A stretch of 64,000 bases of DNA from Octopus sinensis (GCF_006345805.1 NC_043015.1:31124001-31188000), one strand, 5' to 3'. Shown: positions 12,745 to 26,723, counted from the stretch's first letter. Made by a program: numbers and translations. Notes: generated from the sequence alone by a model not told the origin.

Positions 12745-12893
12745 ACACTGCAATTGTTTTCGTTTCAGCACACGATCTCAGATCAAATCACTTGCTATGC
12801 AAGTACATCTTCATAAATATTATTATTATTATTTATTTATTTATTTATTTATTTAATCTTTCTCCAGAGGAAAAAAAATTTGATTCAACTCAC

Positions 12894-13073
12894 CTGGTTG
12901 TCTCCACTTTTGGAATTAACAAATACTAACAAAGGACTGGTGCCTGCAGGCCTAGTTGCCTCCCAGAACCCATCAGAGTCCATACTGTTGATGGCAATTG
13001 GTGGTAGAATAGACACTCGACACTGGCCAAAAGGACACTTTGCTGACATCTTTTCTTGACAACCGATGTGAAC
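12894..13073 (-). CDS. DGKD: DGK exon, end of C1B and start of catalytic domain (VHIGCQEK...[14 protein letters not shown])
   Basis: ttcag|GTT acceptor, CAG|gtgagt donor, 180 nt, phase 0/0; [11 protein letters not shown] motif. Confidence 0.96.
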
Positions 13074-13513
13074 CTGAAGAATAATTAAAACAATTAGCAA
13101 CTACAGAACAAAAAGTAAGGTAAGTGATCAAGCAAGAGAGACAGAGATATTGAAAAAAACAGAAGAAGGATTCTTTTAGACAATTTTTTTACTGGTTTCA
13201 GTCATTAAGGCCATGCTGGAGCATTATCCTCTAGAAGTAGTGTCAATGATATCGACTCCAGGACTTCATCATCATCATTTAACGTCTGTTTTCCGTGCTA
13301 GCATGGGTTGGACGGTTCGACCGGGGTCTGGGAAGCCAGGGGGCTGCACCAGGCTCCAGTGTTCCTACAGCTGGATGCCTTTCCAAACAATAATTACATT
13401 ACCAAACCTAGCTTCAGTGAGATTTGATCTCAAAACATAAAGAGACTTAAGTGCAACAAATCATGTTGTCCAGTGTTCTACTGATTCTCCTATCTGCCAC
13501 AATTCTTCTTCTT

Positions 13514-13552
<39 letters not shown>

Positions 13553-14607
13553 ATAATAATAATAATAATTTCTTTCTTTGCCACAAGGGTCACACAGGTA
13601 CAAAACATTTCAAGGTTACTTTGAGCAATTTAGCTTATGACATCAACCTCACCAAAACTTATTTTACTGATCTAAAAAGGATGAGAAGTAAAGAGGATGG
13701 AGGGAGGAATTGAAATTAGAATTATAAAGGAGAATAACCACTACACTCTCAGAGTGGTTGGCATTAAGAAGGGCATCCAGCTGTAGAAACTCTGCCAAAT
13801 CAAGATTGGAGCCAGGTGCAGCCATCTGGTTCGCCAGCCCTCAGTCAAATCGTCCAACCCATGCTAGCATGGAAAGCAGACATTAAACGATGATGATGAT
13901 GATGAATAATCAATAAGCAGGAAACGCAGGCATGGGCTGTGTGGTTAAGAAGTTCATTTTGCAACAACATGGCTTTAAGTTCAGTCCCACTGCACTGCAC
14001 CTTTAGTCCTAGGCTGACTAATGCTTTGTGATGAAATTTATGGGCTGAAACTGCAGGAAGCCTGTCACAAATGCACATGCACGTATGTGTGTGTGTGTGG
14101 AGGGGAGAATAAACACTGATATTCCCCATTGTCAATGCTTGAACAGACCAGTGGTTTATGCTGACCTTATGACCAGTTGCTCTGCACTTTCAAAAACCTC
14201 TCATGAAAAAAAAAACCCAACTTAAAAACAGGTAAGGTCACCAACAAGAAGAGCATCCAACCCTAAAATCTTTCACCACAAATAACTCCCAGGTGCAGGC
14301 ATTGTTGTGGTTAGGAAGCTTGATTCTAAATCATATGGTTTGGGGTTCAGTCCCACTGTGTGGCACCTTGGATAAGTGTCTTCTGCTATAACCTCTGCTA
14401 TAGCCACAGTCTTCTGATTGAATTTAGTAGGTGGAAGTTCCCATCATGTGTATACAAGCGTGTGTAAGTTCTTGTGCCTCCTATAATAAATAGGAGAGGG
14501 AAATCCATGCCAGCATGTAAAATCAGACATTAAATAAATTTTATCTAATGTTACTCTACCCGTTTCTGCTATCAGTCCACCAAAGATTAAACGAATACTC
14601 TGCTTAC

Positions 14608-14733
14608 CATTGCTCGACACCAGATGCACCGCCAATCTTGTAGACGTAAAACACTGCCACAGGTTTTTTCACAGACATTACACTTGGCACTGACAGGTAG
14701 GTTCCCTTCTAGCCATTGATGTGGCATGTGTAT
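14608..14733 (-). CDS. DGKD: DGK exon, C1B domain ([42 protein letters not shown])
   Basis: ttgcag|ATA acceptor, ATG|gtaagc donor, 126 nt, phase 0/0; [12 protein letters not shown]1B signature. Confidence 0.95.
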
Positions 14734-14855
14734 CTGCAAAACAGACATGAGAACTTTCAAAACAAAAAAACCAATAAATTCATTTCAAAAGTAAAAACTT
14801 TTGCAATACCACAAAATAAACAAAAATAGATGAGGAAACAAGGGATGCTTTACAT

Positions 14856-15261
14856 CAGTGGTTCTCAACTGGGGGTCCATATGGTCCTTGAGGGGAGGGG
14901 GAGTCATCCTCATCATCCTCGTCATTTGACATCCGTCTTCTATGCTGACATGGGTTGGATGGTTTGACAGGAGCTGACCAGGTAGGAGACTACATCAGAC
15001 TTCTGTGTGTTTTAGCAGGGTTTTTATGGCTGGATGCCCTCCCTAACACCAACCACCCAGCAAAGAATGTTGTTAAAATTCATGTGCAATGGATTGCTTA
15101 TACACCTAAAATACATTTTCTTATTATACAATTCCTAAAAATATTTAATTATAAAAATACAGTAGGATGTCTTTTTATATATACCGAATGGCTATGAAGA
15201 TCCAGTAGAGTAAAATAGGAACCAGAGGTCTCCATAGGCAAAAAATGGTTGAGAACCACTG
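14856..15261. mobile_element. hAT (Charlie-like) MITE with nested SINE tail
   Basis: TIR cagtggttctcaac/gttgagaaccactg; 8-bp TSD ctttacat/ttttacat. Confidence 0.8.
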
Positions 15262-15754
15262 TTTTACATGGTCATTAGACCTGCTAGAAATAGCAGCCAA
15301 AAGTATCTCAAATCACACCCTGCCATCTTAAGAAAAAAACAAAATGGTTAATGAAGTCCTATATACACCAGGTTTGAAAAAATGACATGATGGTCGTAGA
15401 AGGAACACCTTTAATCACAGGTCTGCTAGATCAGGGCTGGTCTAGAGCCAAGCAACACAGAATGACAAGGATGGATACACTGAATGATGTAGTCCTAAAT
15501 ACACAATGTCTAAGTAAAAGGTGGGATGCTCATGACTAGGTACACCTTTGATTATAGGTTTGCTCAATCATGATTGACCTGGGATTAACTTCACTTCATG
15601 TGGCTCCAGTCCACTCAGCTATAAATGAGCTCCAACAATAGCTGAAAGGTCAACACGAAGATGGATCAAGGCCTTTTTCAAGGGAGAGCACTCTAGTAGT
15701 CTCAGCCACTTATACAACTATGAGAACCAGTTTAACTTCCAGCTCTAAGTTAAG

Positions 15755-15940
15755 TAAATTTTTTGGCTCAAAAAGCAAGGCCATGTAGGGGGACATGGAG
15801 TTATGTAGAGGGAGGGTGTTCATGCAAAGAGTTCAGGCTATTTCTGGTCAAGAGAGACTTTGAACCGAGCGGTCGTCAGCATCTTCACTATCTCGTCCGG
15901 CAGCTTATTCCACGGATCCGCAACCCGGACGGAGAAAGCC
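15755..15940 (-). mobile_element. CR1/L2-clade LINE 3' end
   Basis: Minus frame reads AFSVRVADPWNKLPDEIVKMLTTARFKVSLD, the typical FS.RV...WN.LP ORF2 C-terminus. Confidence 0.8.
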
Positions 15941-16136
15941 CCTGTCCCTCGATTGAGATGAAATCGTCACAGACAATTGGACTCTATGAGTCCAATAGCT
16001 TGTAGCAGACCTATGTATAAATGTACATGTACATACATATGAATTACATTTAGTTTTCTAACCTCAAATTTAAGTTGGGTTTTTTTTTTGTAATTTTTTT
16101 TTTAAATGTCCTTTTTTTTTTCTTTGTGACACTTAC

Positions 16137-16243
16137 CCCATCTTCATCTTCAATGATTTCCTTGCCCACAGATGCTAAACTCGTCCATTTGCAATTAGAA
16201 GAGGCCTTCACGGCACATTTCTTATGCGCCTTGAATTTACACA
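16137..16243 (-). CDS. DGKD: DGK exon, end of C1A ([36 protein letters not shown])
   Basis: tgtcag|TG acceptor, GGG|gtaagt donor, 107 nt, phase 1/0. Confidence 0.95.
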
Positions 16244-16563
16244 CTGACAAAATAACAACAGATGTAACAAAGTAAGTCAAGTAAATTGAAACAGATTTCA
16301 AAAAAAAAAAAATCAAACACAGATGACTATTACAACATGGAAGAGCTATTTCAGTCATTTAAAAATACACAAGAACTCTAACTCTGTCAAATGTAATGCT
16401 TATTTACTCACATCACTTTGTTTTTGGATTAATCATGCATTATCTCACAGCTTCAAGATTTTGACGATGTGGTTGTTCATTTGCAGAATGACATTGTAAG
16501 GTAGGTGTGAAAAGTCTGATCTGGCCCACTTCAACATAAAACATGTAGAATATTATGGCTGAA

Positions 16564-16909
16564 TTAACCCTCTAGCATCTATATTACTGTCAGATATAAT
16601 GCTTATTCATTCACATTGATTTGAATTATTCATGTATCATCTAGCAGCTCCAAGATTTCGATGATGTGATTGCTATTTTTAGAATGACATTGTAAGGTAA
16701 GTATGAGAGGCCAAATGTAGCCAGTTTTAACATCATCATCATCATCATTTAACGTCCGCTTTCCATGCTAGCATGGGTTGGACGATTTGACTGAGGTCTG
16801 GCGAACCAGACTCCAATCTGATCTGGCATATAACAGGTAAACTATTTTAACATATAACAGGTAGACTACTTGAGCCAGAAAGGGGTTTTTTAAATGCTAA
16901 AAGGGTTAA
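16564..16909. mobile_element. Second piggyBac-type MITE family, with a nested SINE tail
   Basis: TTAA-ccctctagcat ... atgctaaaaggg-TTAA; related copy at ~57243-57765 and fragments at ~16380-16560 and ~31575-31940. Confidence 0.65.
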
Positions 16910-18347
16910 ATGCTAAAATGTTTATTTCATGAAGTTTATTTCAAAATTATATCAAAATTTTCATTCACGCCTCTGCTTAAAATTATTAAAGGCCAGTTCT
17001 TACAGACCCCTATTTTATTGCTTTAATTCATTTTTTCTTCTTTTCATATTAAACTTACAAATACGTGAGTCAGTTGTATTCATGTGGATTGACCTTGACC
17101 TCCTGACATTAACCCATCAGTCATCAGTCAGTCAGTCATTTTTAGTCGTTTCCAGATTCCTTCCTTATCTTATTTTCTTGGCTTCTTTACAGCTTTGTAT
17201 GTGTTTGTCATCATGTCACTCATTCCTCCACTTATTTCACCTTTGTGCCAATGAACATCTCATGTAATAAATTAAAGGTGAATTTAATTTAACAGTTTTC
17301 GTATTTTATCAAAAGACTCTCACACCTCTTCCATAATGTAAGTACTTCAGCTTCAACACATGGACTATGGCGAGACAGGTAAAACTCCTAAGCAGAGATT
17401 TATCAGAAAGAACTTACAAGATATATGACTATTATTTATATGAGAATGAATGTCCTCTTACAAGAGGGGAGGAGGAAAATGTAAATAAACCTTGGACACA
17501 TAAATAAATGTCCCCTAAATGCCTCTCACCCTCGGGGAACTTAAGTAAAGAACAAGCTTTATTAACATAATAAAATATAGGTACTCTAAATGCGGTAAAT
17601 TAAAATACTGTATTTTAGCAAAAACCCAATTTTAGAGTCAGTAGAAACTTCCTTTCTTTTAATGATAATTAATTAAACAAATAAGCACGAATTCTTTTGA
17701 CTAATTAGTAACTTTTTTTTTGTTTTTTTCTGGGTACCAGTTACTTCAGACTTTCAGTTATCTGAGTATAGGATAAGAGGGATTCTACTCTACACAAATA
17801 CCTTATCTGCTTGGTTGCTTCATATGCACACATACATATGCATAGACACATACACGTGCATGCCTCTGTGCACACATATATGCATATATATATATGTGCC
17901 ATGATAGATCGTTAGCCACTACACACATTTTTTTACTCTTTGTTTTTTCTGTGTACCTTTCTGTAGAAGAGCTTAGGCTCAAAACATAAAAGACTTTTTC
18001 TATTCCTGAGCGTTATACTAATACATCTGTTTGTTTTGTACACCACCTGTCTTCGTCTTTTGTTTTTTTCGTAAACTTTCCCTATATATATATATATAGA
18101 TTCAGCACATACACACAAATTGAATCCAGTTAGGTAATGCAAGATGGAAAAATTTGTCCAAGGATAAGAAATATCTATGAGTCAAGATTTGAAACAAAAG
18201 AAAAGGAAAAAAAAAACATTGACCCCACACCACCCAAAGAAAAATTAGAGCCACATTTTTATAAAAACGTACGTCAGTCAACATTTGATTAAAATTGAAA
18301 GGAAAAGAAGCAGTCAATGAGAAGATTGAAGAAAGGGTCCAACATAC

Positions 18348-18480
18348 CTTCACAGGACAAACCATGAGATGTGACGCCTGACAAAGCGTCACGACATACG
18401 TTGCAATAGGTTGGTCGTGCATGAGAGCATGCGTACCAGTTGTGCTGGCCAGACATCCTCTCTCGATGGTCAGTATTAGC
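18348..18480 (-). CDS. DGKD: DGK exon, C1A domain first part ([44 protein letters not shown])
   Basis: ttcag|GCT acceptor, GAA G|gtatgt donor, 133 nt, phase 0/1; His/Cys C1 zinc-finger pattern. Not in the ORF track in this frame. Confidence 0.95.
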
Positions 18481-18625
18481 CTGAAATGACCAGAAAGTTT
18501 TGGGCTATTTTTAGAATGTATGAATATTGCAATACTAAAAGAAAAAAGAAACAGTAGTCGAAAAAACCCTTCATGTTATCTCAGTAAAGTAACTTTGTGT
18601 TGTGATAGGTTCCTCAATTTATGCA

Positions 18626-18664
<39 letters not shown>

Positions 18665-19907
18665 AAGAGAGGGAATCAGATAGAAAGACTGTGTGTGTGT
18701 CTGTGTGTCTATGTGTACACAGATACACACAAACACAAATGTATGTATTGTATGTGAGTGCATGTACATTTATGTGTGTATGTGTGTATGTGTGTATATG
18801 TCCTCGAGGTCGACTTTGCCTTTCATCCTTTCGGGGTCGATTAAATAAGCACCAGTTATGCATTGGGGTCGATGTAATCGACTTAATCCGTTTGTCTGTC
18901 CTTGTTTGTCCTCTCTGTGTTTAGACCCTTGTGGGTAGTAAAGAAATAGTATGTGTGTATATGTAATAGTATGTATATCTATATGTATATACATACAGGC
19001 GGTGCCCCAGCATGGTTGCACTTCAGCGATTCAAACCAGTGAAGGGATAAAAAGAATACATACATGTATGTATGCACACGTGCATGTGTGTACTGTATAT
19101 ATATGCCTGTTTGTGTGCATGAGTATTGCATATATCTTTATATATATGTACTATGTATATCAATAAACGTACTTGTACATGTGGGTGTGAGTGCACACAT
19201 GCAGCGTGTGTGTGTGCGCGAGTGTGTGTGTGTGTGTGTGAAGAAGAAGAGGGTAGAAAGTTAGCTTGGACCATGGGTGCCTGTTAGAAGCTGCAATAAA
19301 TCCCCATCAAAGCAAGTCGTAGCGAAAAGCTTGGCTGTGGCACCAACTTTATAGATTTACAATAAGAGAGGCAGGACTGATGCTTTATCTTCTGCTTTGA
19401 AAGAAGGAAGCTGGAGAAGAGGTAGAGGAGGAGAAAGAAGAAGAGGAGGAGGAGGATGAGGATGAGAGTTTCTTTCATTTGTTCTTATCACCAGGAAAAT
19501 ATTGTATTTTGTATTGTGTACAAGGAGGAGAAAAAAGATGAAGTATCTGTGTGTGTGTATCTGTGTGTGTGTGTCGCTCTCACTCGTTCTATTATAAATC
19601 AACAAAACATGTGTTTGTTTGTCTACAAATACACACAGAACAATGTGGGTGACTATATAGGGGTCGGGGTGTTACAATGTGAATGTATATATATAGATAT
19701 GTACATATGCATTTATATATATATATATATATATACAAAATAAGAAAATAGAGAAATACACCTTAATCAATAATCAACTACCAGATAATACCCAATCACA
19801 TAATTTATTAACCCACTACATATGAACATCAAGGTGCTTTACTGGCAGTATATTGGATATATGTTATCCCATGGTGGGTTGCACTCACAACCCCTATCTC
19901 AATTTGT

Positions 19908-19945
<38 letters not shown>

Positions 19946-20900
19946 TCGTCATAATTTTATGTCTACTTAATATTGCTGGCATGAGGTGGGTCGGCTGCCA
20001 CAGTCTGAATCAAAGCTTATTCAGAGAGATTGCCCTCATGAGCATCGTCAGAGACCACATCTTGCTGGTGTTTTACTTCAGCACAGTTCCTATTGTTGGA
20101 TGCCCCTCAAAGCACCCATCACTTTACAGGATGTATTGAGTGCATTTTATTTTAGCAGCTTCAGTAGAGAAGCTGTCGTGTTCTCAAAATGACTAAATGT
20201 CCTCTTGACACTTTATCTTTGACCGTTTACCAACCACTATATGGAATGTATCGGGTGTGTTTTATTGCAGTACTAGCAGAACTGAGGTAACTTTGTACCC
20301 TGCAAGACAAAAAAAGAGGGCCCTTAATGCTCTAAGTTGCCTCTGCTCATCCAGTGCAGCATGAGTGGATAGGAGAGAGAGAGGGCAACTGCAGATGGTG
20401 TAGGGTGAGAGGCATAGAAAAGAAAAACTATAAGGAGGAAGTAGCGTGATTGAAGTATTAGTGTGGAAAACAAAGGAGAAATGAGGCAGAAATGGCATGG
20501 AGTAATGGGAGAGAGACACTAATGGTAGTTACGTTTACAAGGGAGAAAGATAGAAAGCAAATGATGGATACTTGAGATGATAAGGATTAGAGTGATGAAG
20601 GTGAATAAAAGAGTGAGCCAAGGCAGAAGGGGGTTACAGTGGGTAGCACAAGGGTACATGGAAAAGTACCTTGGCTATCAGTAGATTTGATACAAACCCT
20701 TGTTATACAGGTATTGTGATGAGAGAGGTATGCTAATAGAAGCTATAAGTATACTGGTAAAAGGTGGTAGGAACTGGTAGAAATGGTTTTGTGCTAAGAG
20801 AATACGATGAATGGTGTTGATAAAAGGAGATGGGTGATAAAGAGATGAGAGAGTGTTGGGTAGGCAAGAATGGGATATGGAAATTTAGCAGGGGCAAAAT

Positions 20901-20934
<34 letters not shown>

Positions 20935-21699
20935 ATGTGTGTGTCCGTGCGTGCATGTGTGTGTGTGTGCATGAGCATGCATGCATGTGTGTGTGTAATA
21001 CCATCATCAAGGTATTTGAGAGAACCTATTCCCCAGGTGCTCTTAGAGACTTGCTGCATATGAAGTCTACTGTCTCTGTCGGCCTACCTGTGATTCCACT
21101 ACACCTCTTCTGTGTCCACTGTTTGTACTGAAATATATCATCATCATTATCATCATCATTTAACATGTTTTCCATGCTGGTGTAGGTTGGACGGTTTTGG
21201 CAAGAGCTAGCAAGCCAGACAGCTGCTCCAGGCTCCAATCATCTGTTTTGGTAAGATTTCTATGGCTGAATGCCCTTCCTAATGTCAACCACTTTACAGT
21301 TTACTGAGTGCTTTTATGCAGCACCAGCATTGAGCAAAAACACCTAAAGCTCCATGAGGCTCCGGCAGGGGGTGGTGATGACCCCTGTTGTACTCTTTCG
21401 CCCCAACTATCTCTCACGCTTTCTTCCTGTTTTTTGTCCCCGACTTCCTATGCAACCGCTGAGCCTGGATGCGCATTCATCCATCCGTCGATGCTCTCGG
21501 TGTCGGGGGTTGACCTGCTTTCTCTTCTGCGGGTCTTACGAATAGCAAAGGACCACGTTTCGGACTTCTCCCATCTTGCAAGATCTGGGACGAAGACCGT
21601 TCGCTCAACAGCACAAACGTTTGTATGTGACATGGACACAAGCTCTTTTATGTGGTACCAACACAGGTGCTTTTATGTGACACCAGCACCCACGAATCT

Positions 21700-22378
21700 T
21701 CAAGAGAAGGACATCTCAGCTGAAAGACGGACGTTGAGAACATACCTGTGTATAAGAAGACAGCCATGGTTTTACTTAGCTTGACCTGTCTTCTCAAGCA
21801 CAATAAACTGCCAGAAGTCTCAGTCCTTTGTCACCTCCTCTGCGGGGCCCAGTGTCTGAAGATCCTTTCTCACTACTTCATCCCACAGCTTCCTGGGTCT
21901 ACCTTTTCCACAATTAGAGGTTAGCATTGCTTTATACAGCTCTCCTCAACCATACGCATCACATGACCATACCAGCAGAATCTTCTCTCTTGCACACTAC
22001 ATCTGATGCCTCTTATACCCAGTTTCTCTCTTAACCCTTTCATTACTGTATTTATATTGAGATGCTCTGTGTTTCTTTCAATTACTTTAAATATAACAAA
22101 GAATTTAGTAAAATAACTTAGTTATCATTCAGCTAGTTTTAGGAACATAAATTGTGACTAAGGAATGGTGGAAGATTTTAATTCAGAACTTATGAAAACA
22201 AGACATTTGTACTCAGAGCCAGAGCCGGTTTCAACCAGGTTGGTCACGAAAGGGTTAAATCATTTACACTTTGCTATACATGCACACAGACATTACTAAA
22301 CCAGTGGAGCATGCTGGCTTCATTTCTTACAAGCCTTTGCATGTCCTCTGTTGTCACAGCCCATGTTTCACTGCCATA
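21700..22378 (-). mobile_element. RTE-clade LINE fragment (duplicated at ~23180-23860)
   Basis: YGSETWAVTTEDMQRLVRNEASMLHWFSNV...LREKLGIRGIRCSVQERRFCWYGHVMRM, characteristic of the RTE ORF C-terminal region. Confidence 0.8.
22031..22258. mobile_element. piggyBac-type MITE inserted in an RTE fragment
   Basis: TTAA-CCCTTTC...GAAAGGG-TTAA; the RTE peptide resumes on both sides. Confidence 0.85.
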
Positions 22379-23511
22379 ATGATGTGTGTGTGTGTTGTGT
22401 GTGTGTGTGTGTGTGCATGTGTGTGTCCGTGCGTGCATGTGTGTGTGTGTGCATGAGCATGCATGCATGTGTGTGTGTAATACCATCATCAAGGTATTTG
22501 AGAGAACCTATTCCCCAGGTGCTCTTAGAGACTTGCTGCATATGAAGTCTACTGTCTCTGTCGGCCTACCTGTGATTCCACTACACCTCTTCTGTGTCCA
22601 CTGTTTGTACTGAAATATATCATCATCATTATCATCATCATTTAACATGTTTTCCATGCTGGTGTAGGTTGGACGGTTTTGGCAAGAGCTAGCAAGCCAG
22701 ACAGCTGCTCCAGGCTCCAATCATCTGTTTTGGTAAGATTTCTATGGCTGAATGCCCTTCCTAATGTCAACCACTTTACAGTTTACTGAGTGCTTTTATC
22801 CAGCACCAGCATTGAGCAAAAACACCTAAAGCTCCATGAGGCTCCGGCAAGGGGTGGTGGTGACCCCTGTTGTACTCTTTCGCCCCAACTATCTCTCACG
22901 CTTTCTTCCTGTTTTTTGTCCCCGACTTCCTATGCAACCGCTGAGCCTGGATGCGCATTCATCCATCCGTCGATGCTCTCGGTGTCGGGGGTTGACCTGC
23001 TTTCTCTTCTGCGGGTCTTACGAATAGCAAAGGACCACGTTTCGGACTTCTCCCATCTTGCAAGATCTGGGACGAAGACCGTTCGCTCAACAGCACAAAC
23101 GTTTGTATGTGACATGGACACAAGCTCTTTTATGTGGTACCACACAGGTGCTTTTATGTGACACCAGCACCCACGAATCTTCAAGAGAAGGACATCTCAG
23201 CTGAAAGACGGACGTTGAGAACATACCTGTGTATAAGAAGACAGCCATGGTTTTACTTAGCTTGACCTGTCTTCTCAAGCACAATAAACTGCCAGAAGTC
23301 TCAGTCCTTTGTCACCTCCTCTGCAGGGCCCAGTGTCTGAAGATCCTTTCTCACTACTTCATCCCACAGCTTCCTGGGTCTACCTTTTCCACAATTAGAG
23401 GTTAGCATTGCTTTATACAGCTCTCCTCAACCATACGCATCACATGACCATACCAGCAGAATCTTCTCTCTTGCACACTACATCTGATGCCTCTTATACC
23501 CAGTTTCTCTC

Positions 23512-23739
23512 TTAACCCTTTCATTACTGTATTTATATTGAGATGCTCTGTGTTTCTTTCAATTACTTTAAATATAACAAAGAATTTAGTAAAATAACTT
23601 AGTTATCATTCAGCTAGTTTTAGGAACATAAATTGTGACTAAGGAATGGTGGAAGATTTTAATTCAGAACTTATGAAAACAAGACATTTGTACTCAGAGC
23701 CAGAGCCGGTTTCAACCAGGTTGGTCACGAAAGGGTTAA
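23512..23739. mobile_element. piggyBac-type MITE (copy in the duplicated unit)
   Basis: Duplicate of 22031-22258. Confidence 0.85.
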
Positions 23740-24400
23740 ATCATTTACACTTTGCTATACATGCACACAGACATTACTAAACCAGTGGAGCATGCTGGCT
23801 TCATTTCTTACAAGCCTTTGCATGTCCTCTGTTGTCACAGCCCATGTTTCACTGCCATAATGATGTGTGTGTGTGTTTGTATGTGTGTGTGTGTGTGTTT
23901 TTGCATGTGTGTGTGTGTGTATAAACATATCCATGTGCGTGTGTCCCTCTCCTCCACTTTCTCCAACTCTCCTCACATCCTTATCAAATGGAACTATCCA
24001 GAACACTTCAGCTCTACCACCATATCCCATCAACTCAAATAACTAATTTCTTTCACGTGAAACCATTGTCTTTGAGGGTATTTTTCTTGCCATTTTTTTT
24101 TCTTTTGTTCTATTTTCTTGTTCTTTTCTTTTTTTCCTATTATATTCTTTGCTTGTGAGGAATATGGTTACAAAGATTCTTACCTATGTATGTGCGCACA
24201 CATGTCTGCTACAAGTGGAAAGGTAGTATGTCAGTGTTTATAGCATAGCGTGTGTAGTATAAGTATGTTAATATGCTTTGCGTGTATGTAAGTAGATGTA
24301 AGAATATATGTAGTATGTATAGTGTGTATATGTTACATTCTTTAGATGAGTGTTTATATAGTGTATGCAGTAAGTGTTGTACATGTATATGCATTGTGTG

Positions 24401-24568
24401 CACAGGAGTGGTTGTGTGGTAAGTAGCTTGCTTACCAACCACACAGTTCGGGTTCAGTCCCACTGTGTGGCACCTTGGGCAAGTGTCTTCTACTATAGCC
24501 TCGGGCCGACCAAAGCCTTGTGAGTGGATTTGGTAGACGGAAACTGAAAGAAGCCCGTCATATATATG

Positions 24569-24599
<31 letters not shown>

Positions 24600-24800
24600 C
24601 TGTGTTTGTCCCCCTAGCATTGCTTGACAACCGATGCTGGTGTGTTTACGTCCCCGTTACTTAGCGGTTTGGCAAAAGAGACCGATAGGATAAGTACTGG
24701 GCTTATAAAAGAATAAGTCCCGGGGTCGAGTTGCTCGATTAAAAGGCGGTGCTCCAGCATGGCCGCAGTCAAATGACTGAAACAAGTAAAAGAGTAAAGA
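24401..24800 (+). mobile_element. SINE family 1 (tRNA-like head, CORE-like segment, internal TA/TG microsatellite), full length
   Basis: Head ggagtggttgtgtggtaag...gggttcagtccc, then gcaccttgggcaagtgtctt, tail gaaacaagtaaaagagtaaa; many copies and fragments across the window. Confidence 0.85.
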
Positions 24801-25277
24801 GAATGTATGTGTGTATACATGCACATATGCCTAAGCACAAATTTATGTTGGTAAGTGCATTCACACAAAGTATGTTTGTGAGTGAGCAAACACGATCGTG
24901 GATGGGTGGATGGGTGGATTGGTCGATCAATAGATGGATAAAAGTCCTACTGTGTACACTTATGTCTATATGCTGTAAAAGGTAACTAAAACAGTTGGTG
25001 TCAGAAAAAGGATCTGGCTGGAAAAAAAAACAAGTCTCAAAAAATTCTTGTTTAATCCATGCCAGTATGGAAAGCAGAAGTAAAATATTGATGATGATGA
25101 CGATGGTGGTGGCAGCAGTGGTGGTGGTGGTGATGGTGTGTATGTGTGTGCACCTCTTGATGCAAAGACACATCTCTCTTTGAAGAGAGGGAGAGAGAGA
25201 GAGAGAGAGAGGGAGTGTGTGTGTGTGTGCATATGACATATATGACAATGTGCCTGTGAACATCTGGATAGTCACAT

Positions 25278-25381
25278 GCATATATATATATACACACACA
25301 CACAATATATATATATATACACACACACACATATATATATATATACACACACACACATATATATACACACACACACACACA

Positions 25382-25413
<32 letters not shown>

Positions 25414-25758
25414 CACACACACATACACACACATATATATATATATACACACACATATATATATACACACACACACATATATATATACACACACACACAT
25501 ATATATACACACACACACATATATATATACACACACATATATATATACACACACACACATATATATATATATACACACACATATATATACACATACATAT
25601 ATACATATATATACACATACATATATACATATACACATACACACACACACACACATATATATATATACACACACACACATATATATACACATACATATAT
25701 ACATATATATACACATACATATATACATATACACATATACACACACACATATATATAT
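25278..25758. repeat. Compound (TA)n(CA)n microsatellite array
   Basis: Direct reading. Confidence 0.95.
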
Positions 25759-26493
25759 GAGGTGAGCCTGAAGATATGCAGGTAATACTCCTTGAAATAT
25801 TAGTGCATGTTGTGTAAGTTTCATACATAATTATGAGTTAGTTGAGTCGAAGTTTTTTCTGCAGGTAAGTGTGCCTGTATGTATATATGAATGTCTATCT
25901 ATGTCTGTGAATGAGAGAATGAATTCTTATTGCACTGTTATGCAAACACTAAGTACATGCTACACAGTCATACACGCACACACACACTTAGCTACTGTGT
26001 ACTCACATAGACACACAGAGACTACAGGCACAACCACTGTGTGAACACACCACCACTATATACACACACACACATATTGTCCTTACACTGACACTGTACA
26101 TACACAAACACAGAGCCAGAGTATACACATCACCTGGATTGGCCAGGCCATCTGGTACCGTCTTGGCCACAGCATTCAGTCCATTCCCCTCTGTTCTTGT
26201 GTCCAATTTATCATTTTGTGTCCAATTTGGAAGTGCATGTGTATACACAAAACACTGCCAATGTGTAGACACACATAGCCAATATATTCACCCACGACAC
26301 ACAGACATACCATAATATAAACGCATTTTTTCTGCGTTAGTGTACTCACTGACTGCCACTATGTAAGCACATATCACTTACTGTATATATATATATATGG
26401 AAAACGAACATCAAACATCCCATACCATATATACATATTGTGGCAAGTAGCTTGCTTCCCAACCACATGGTTCTGGGTTCAGTCCCACGGTAT

Positions 26494-26723
26494 GGCGGCA
26501 AGCTGGCAGAAACGTTAGCACGCCAGGCGAAATGCGTAGCCGTATTTCGTCAGTCGTTACGTTCTGAGTTCAAATTCCGCCGAGGTCGACTTTGCCTTTC
26601 ATCCTTTCAAGGTCAATAAATTAAGTACCAGTTACGTACTGGGGTCGATATAATCGACTTAATACCTTTGTCTGTCCTTGTTTGTCCCCTCTGTGTGTAG
26701 CCCCTTGTGGGTAGTAAAGAAAT
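26494..26723 (+). mobile_element. SINE family 2 (tRNA-like head, Nin/Deu-like central domain), nested in a family 1 SINE
   Basis: ggcggcaagctggcagaaacgttagc...gagttcaaattcc (A/B-box-like), gcctttcatcctttc...aattaagtaccag; TSD ggtatggc at 26489-26496 and 26725-26732. Confidence 0.85.

Larger units (their letters stand above)
20903..23864. repeat. Direct tandem duplication, 2 x ~1481 bp
   Basis: Identical ORFs offset by 1481-1482 bp (21026/22508, 21308/22790, 22271/23752); about 5 differences seen outside the (TG)n tracts; junctions lie in (TG)n. Confidence 0.95.

Noticed and set aside
21308-21784. 158-aa plus-strand ORF
   Set aside because: Spans SINE, repeat and antisense RTE pieces; frameshifted in the duplicate copy; no recognisable domain.
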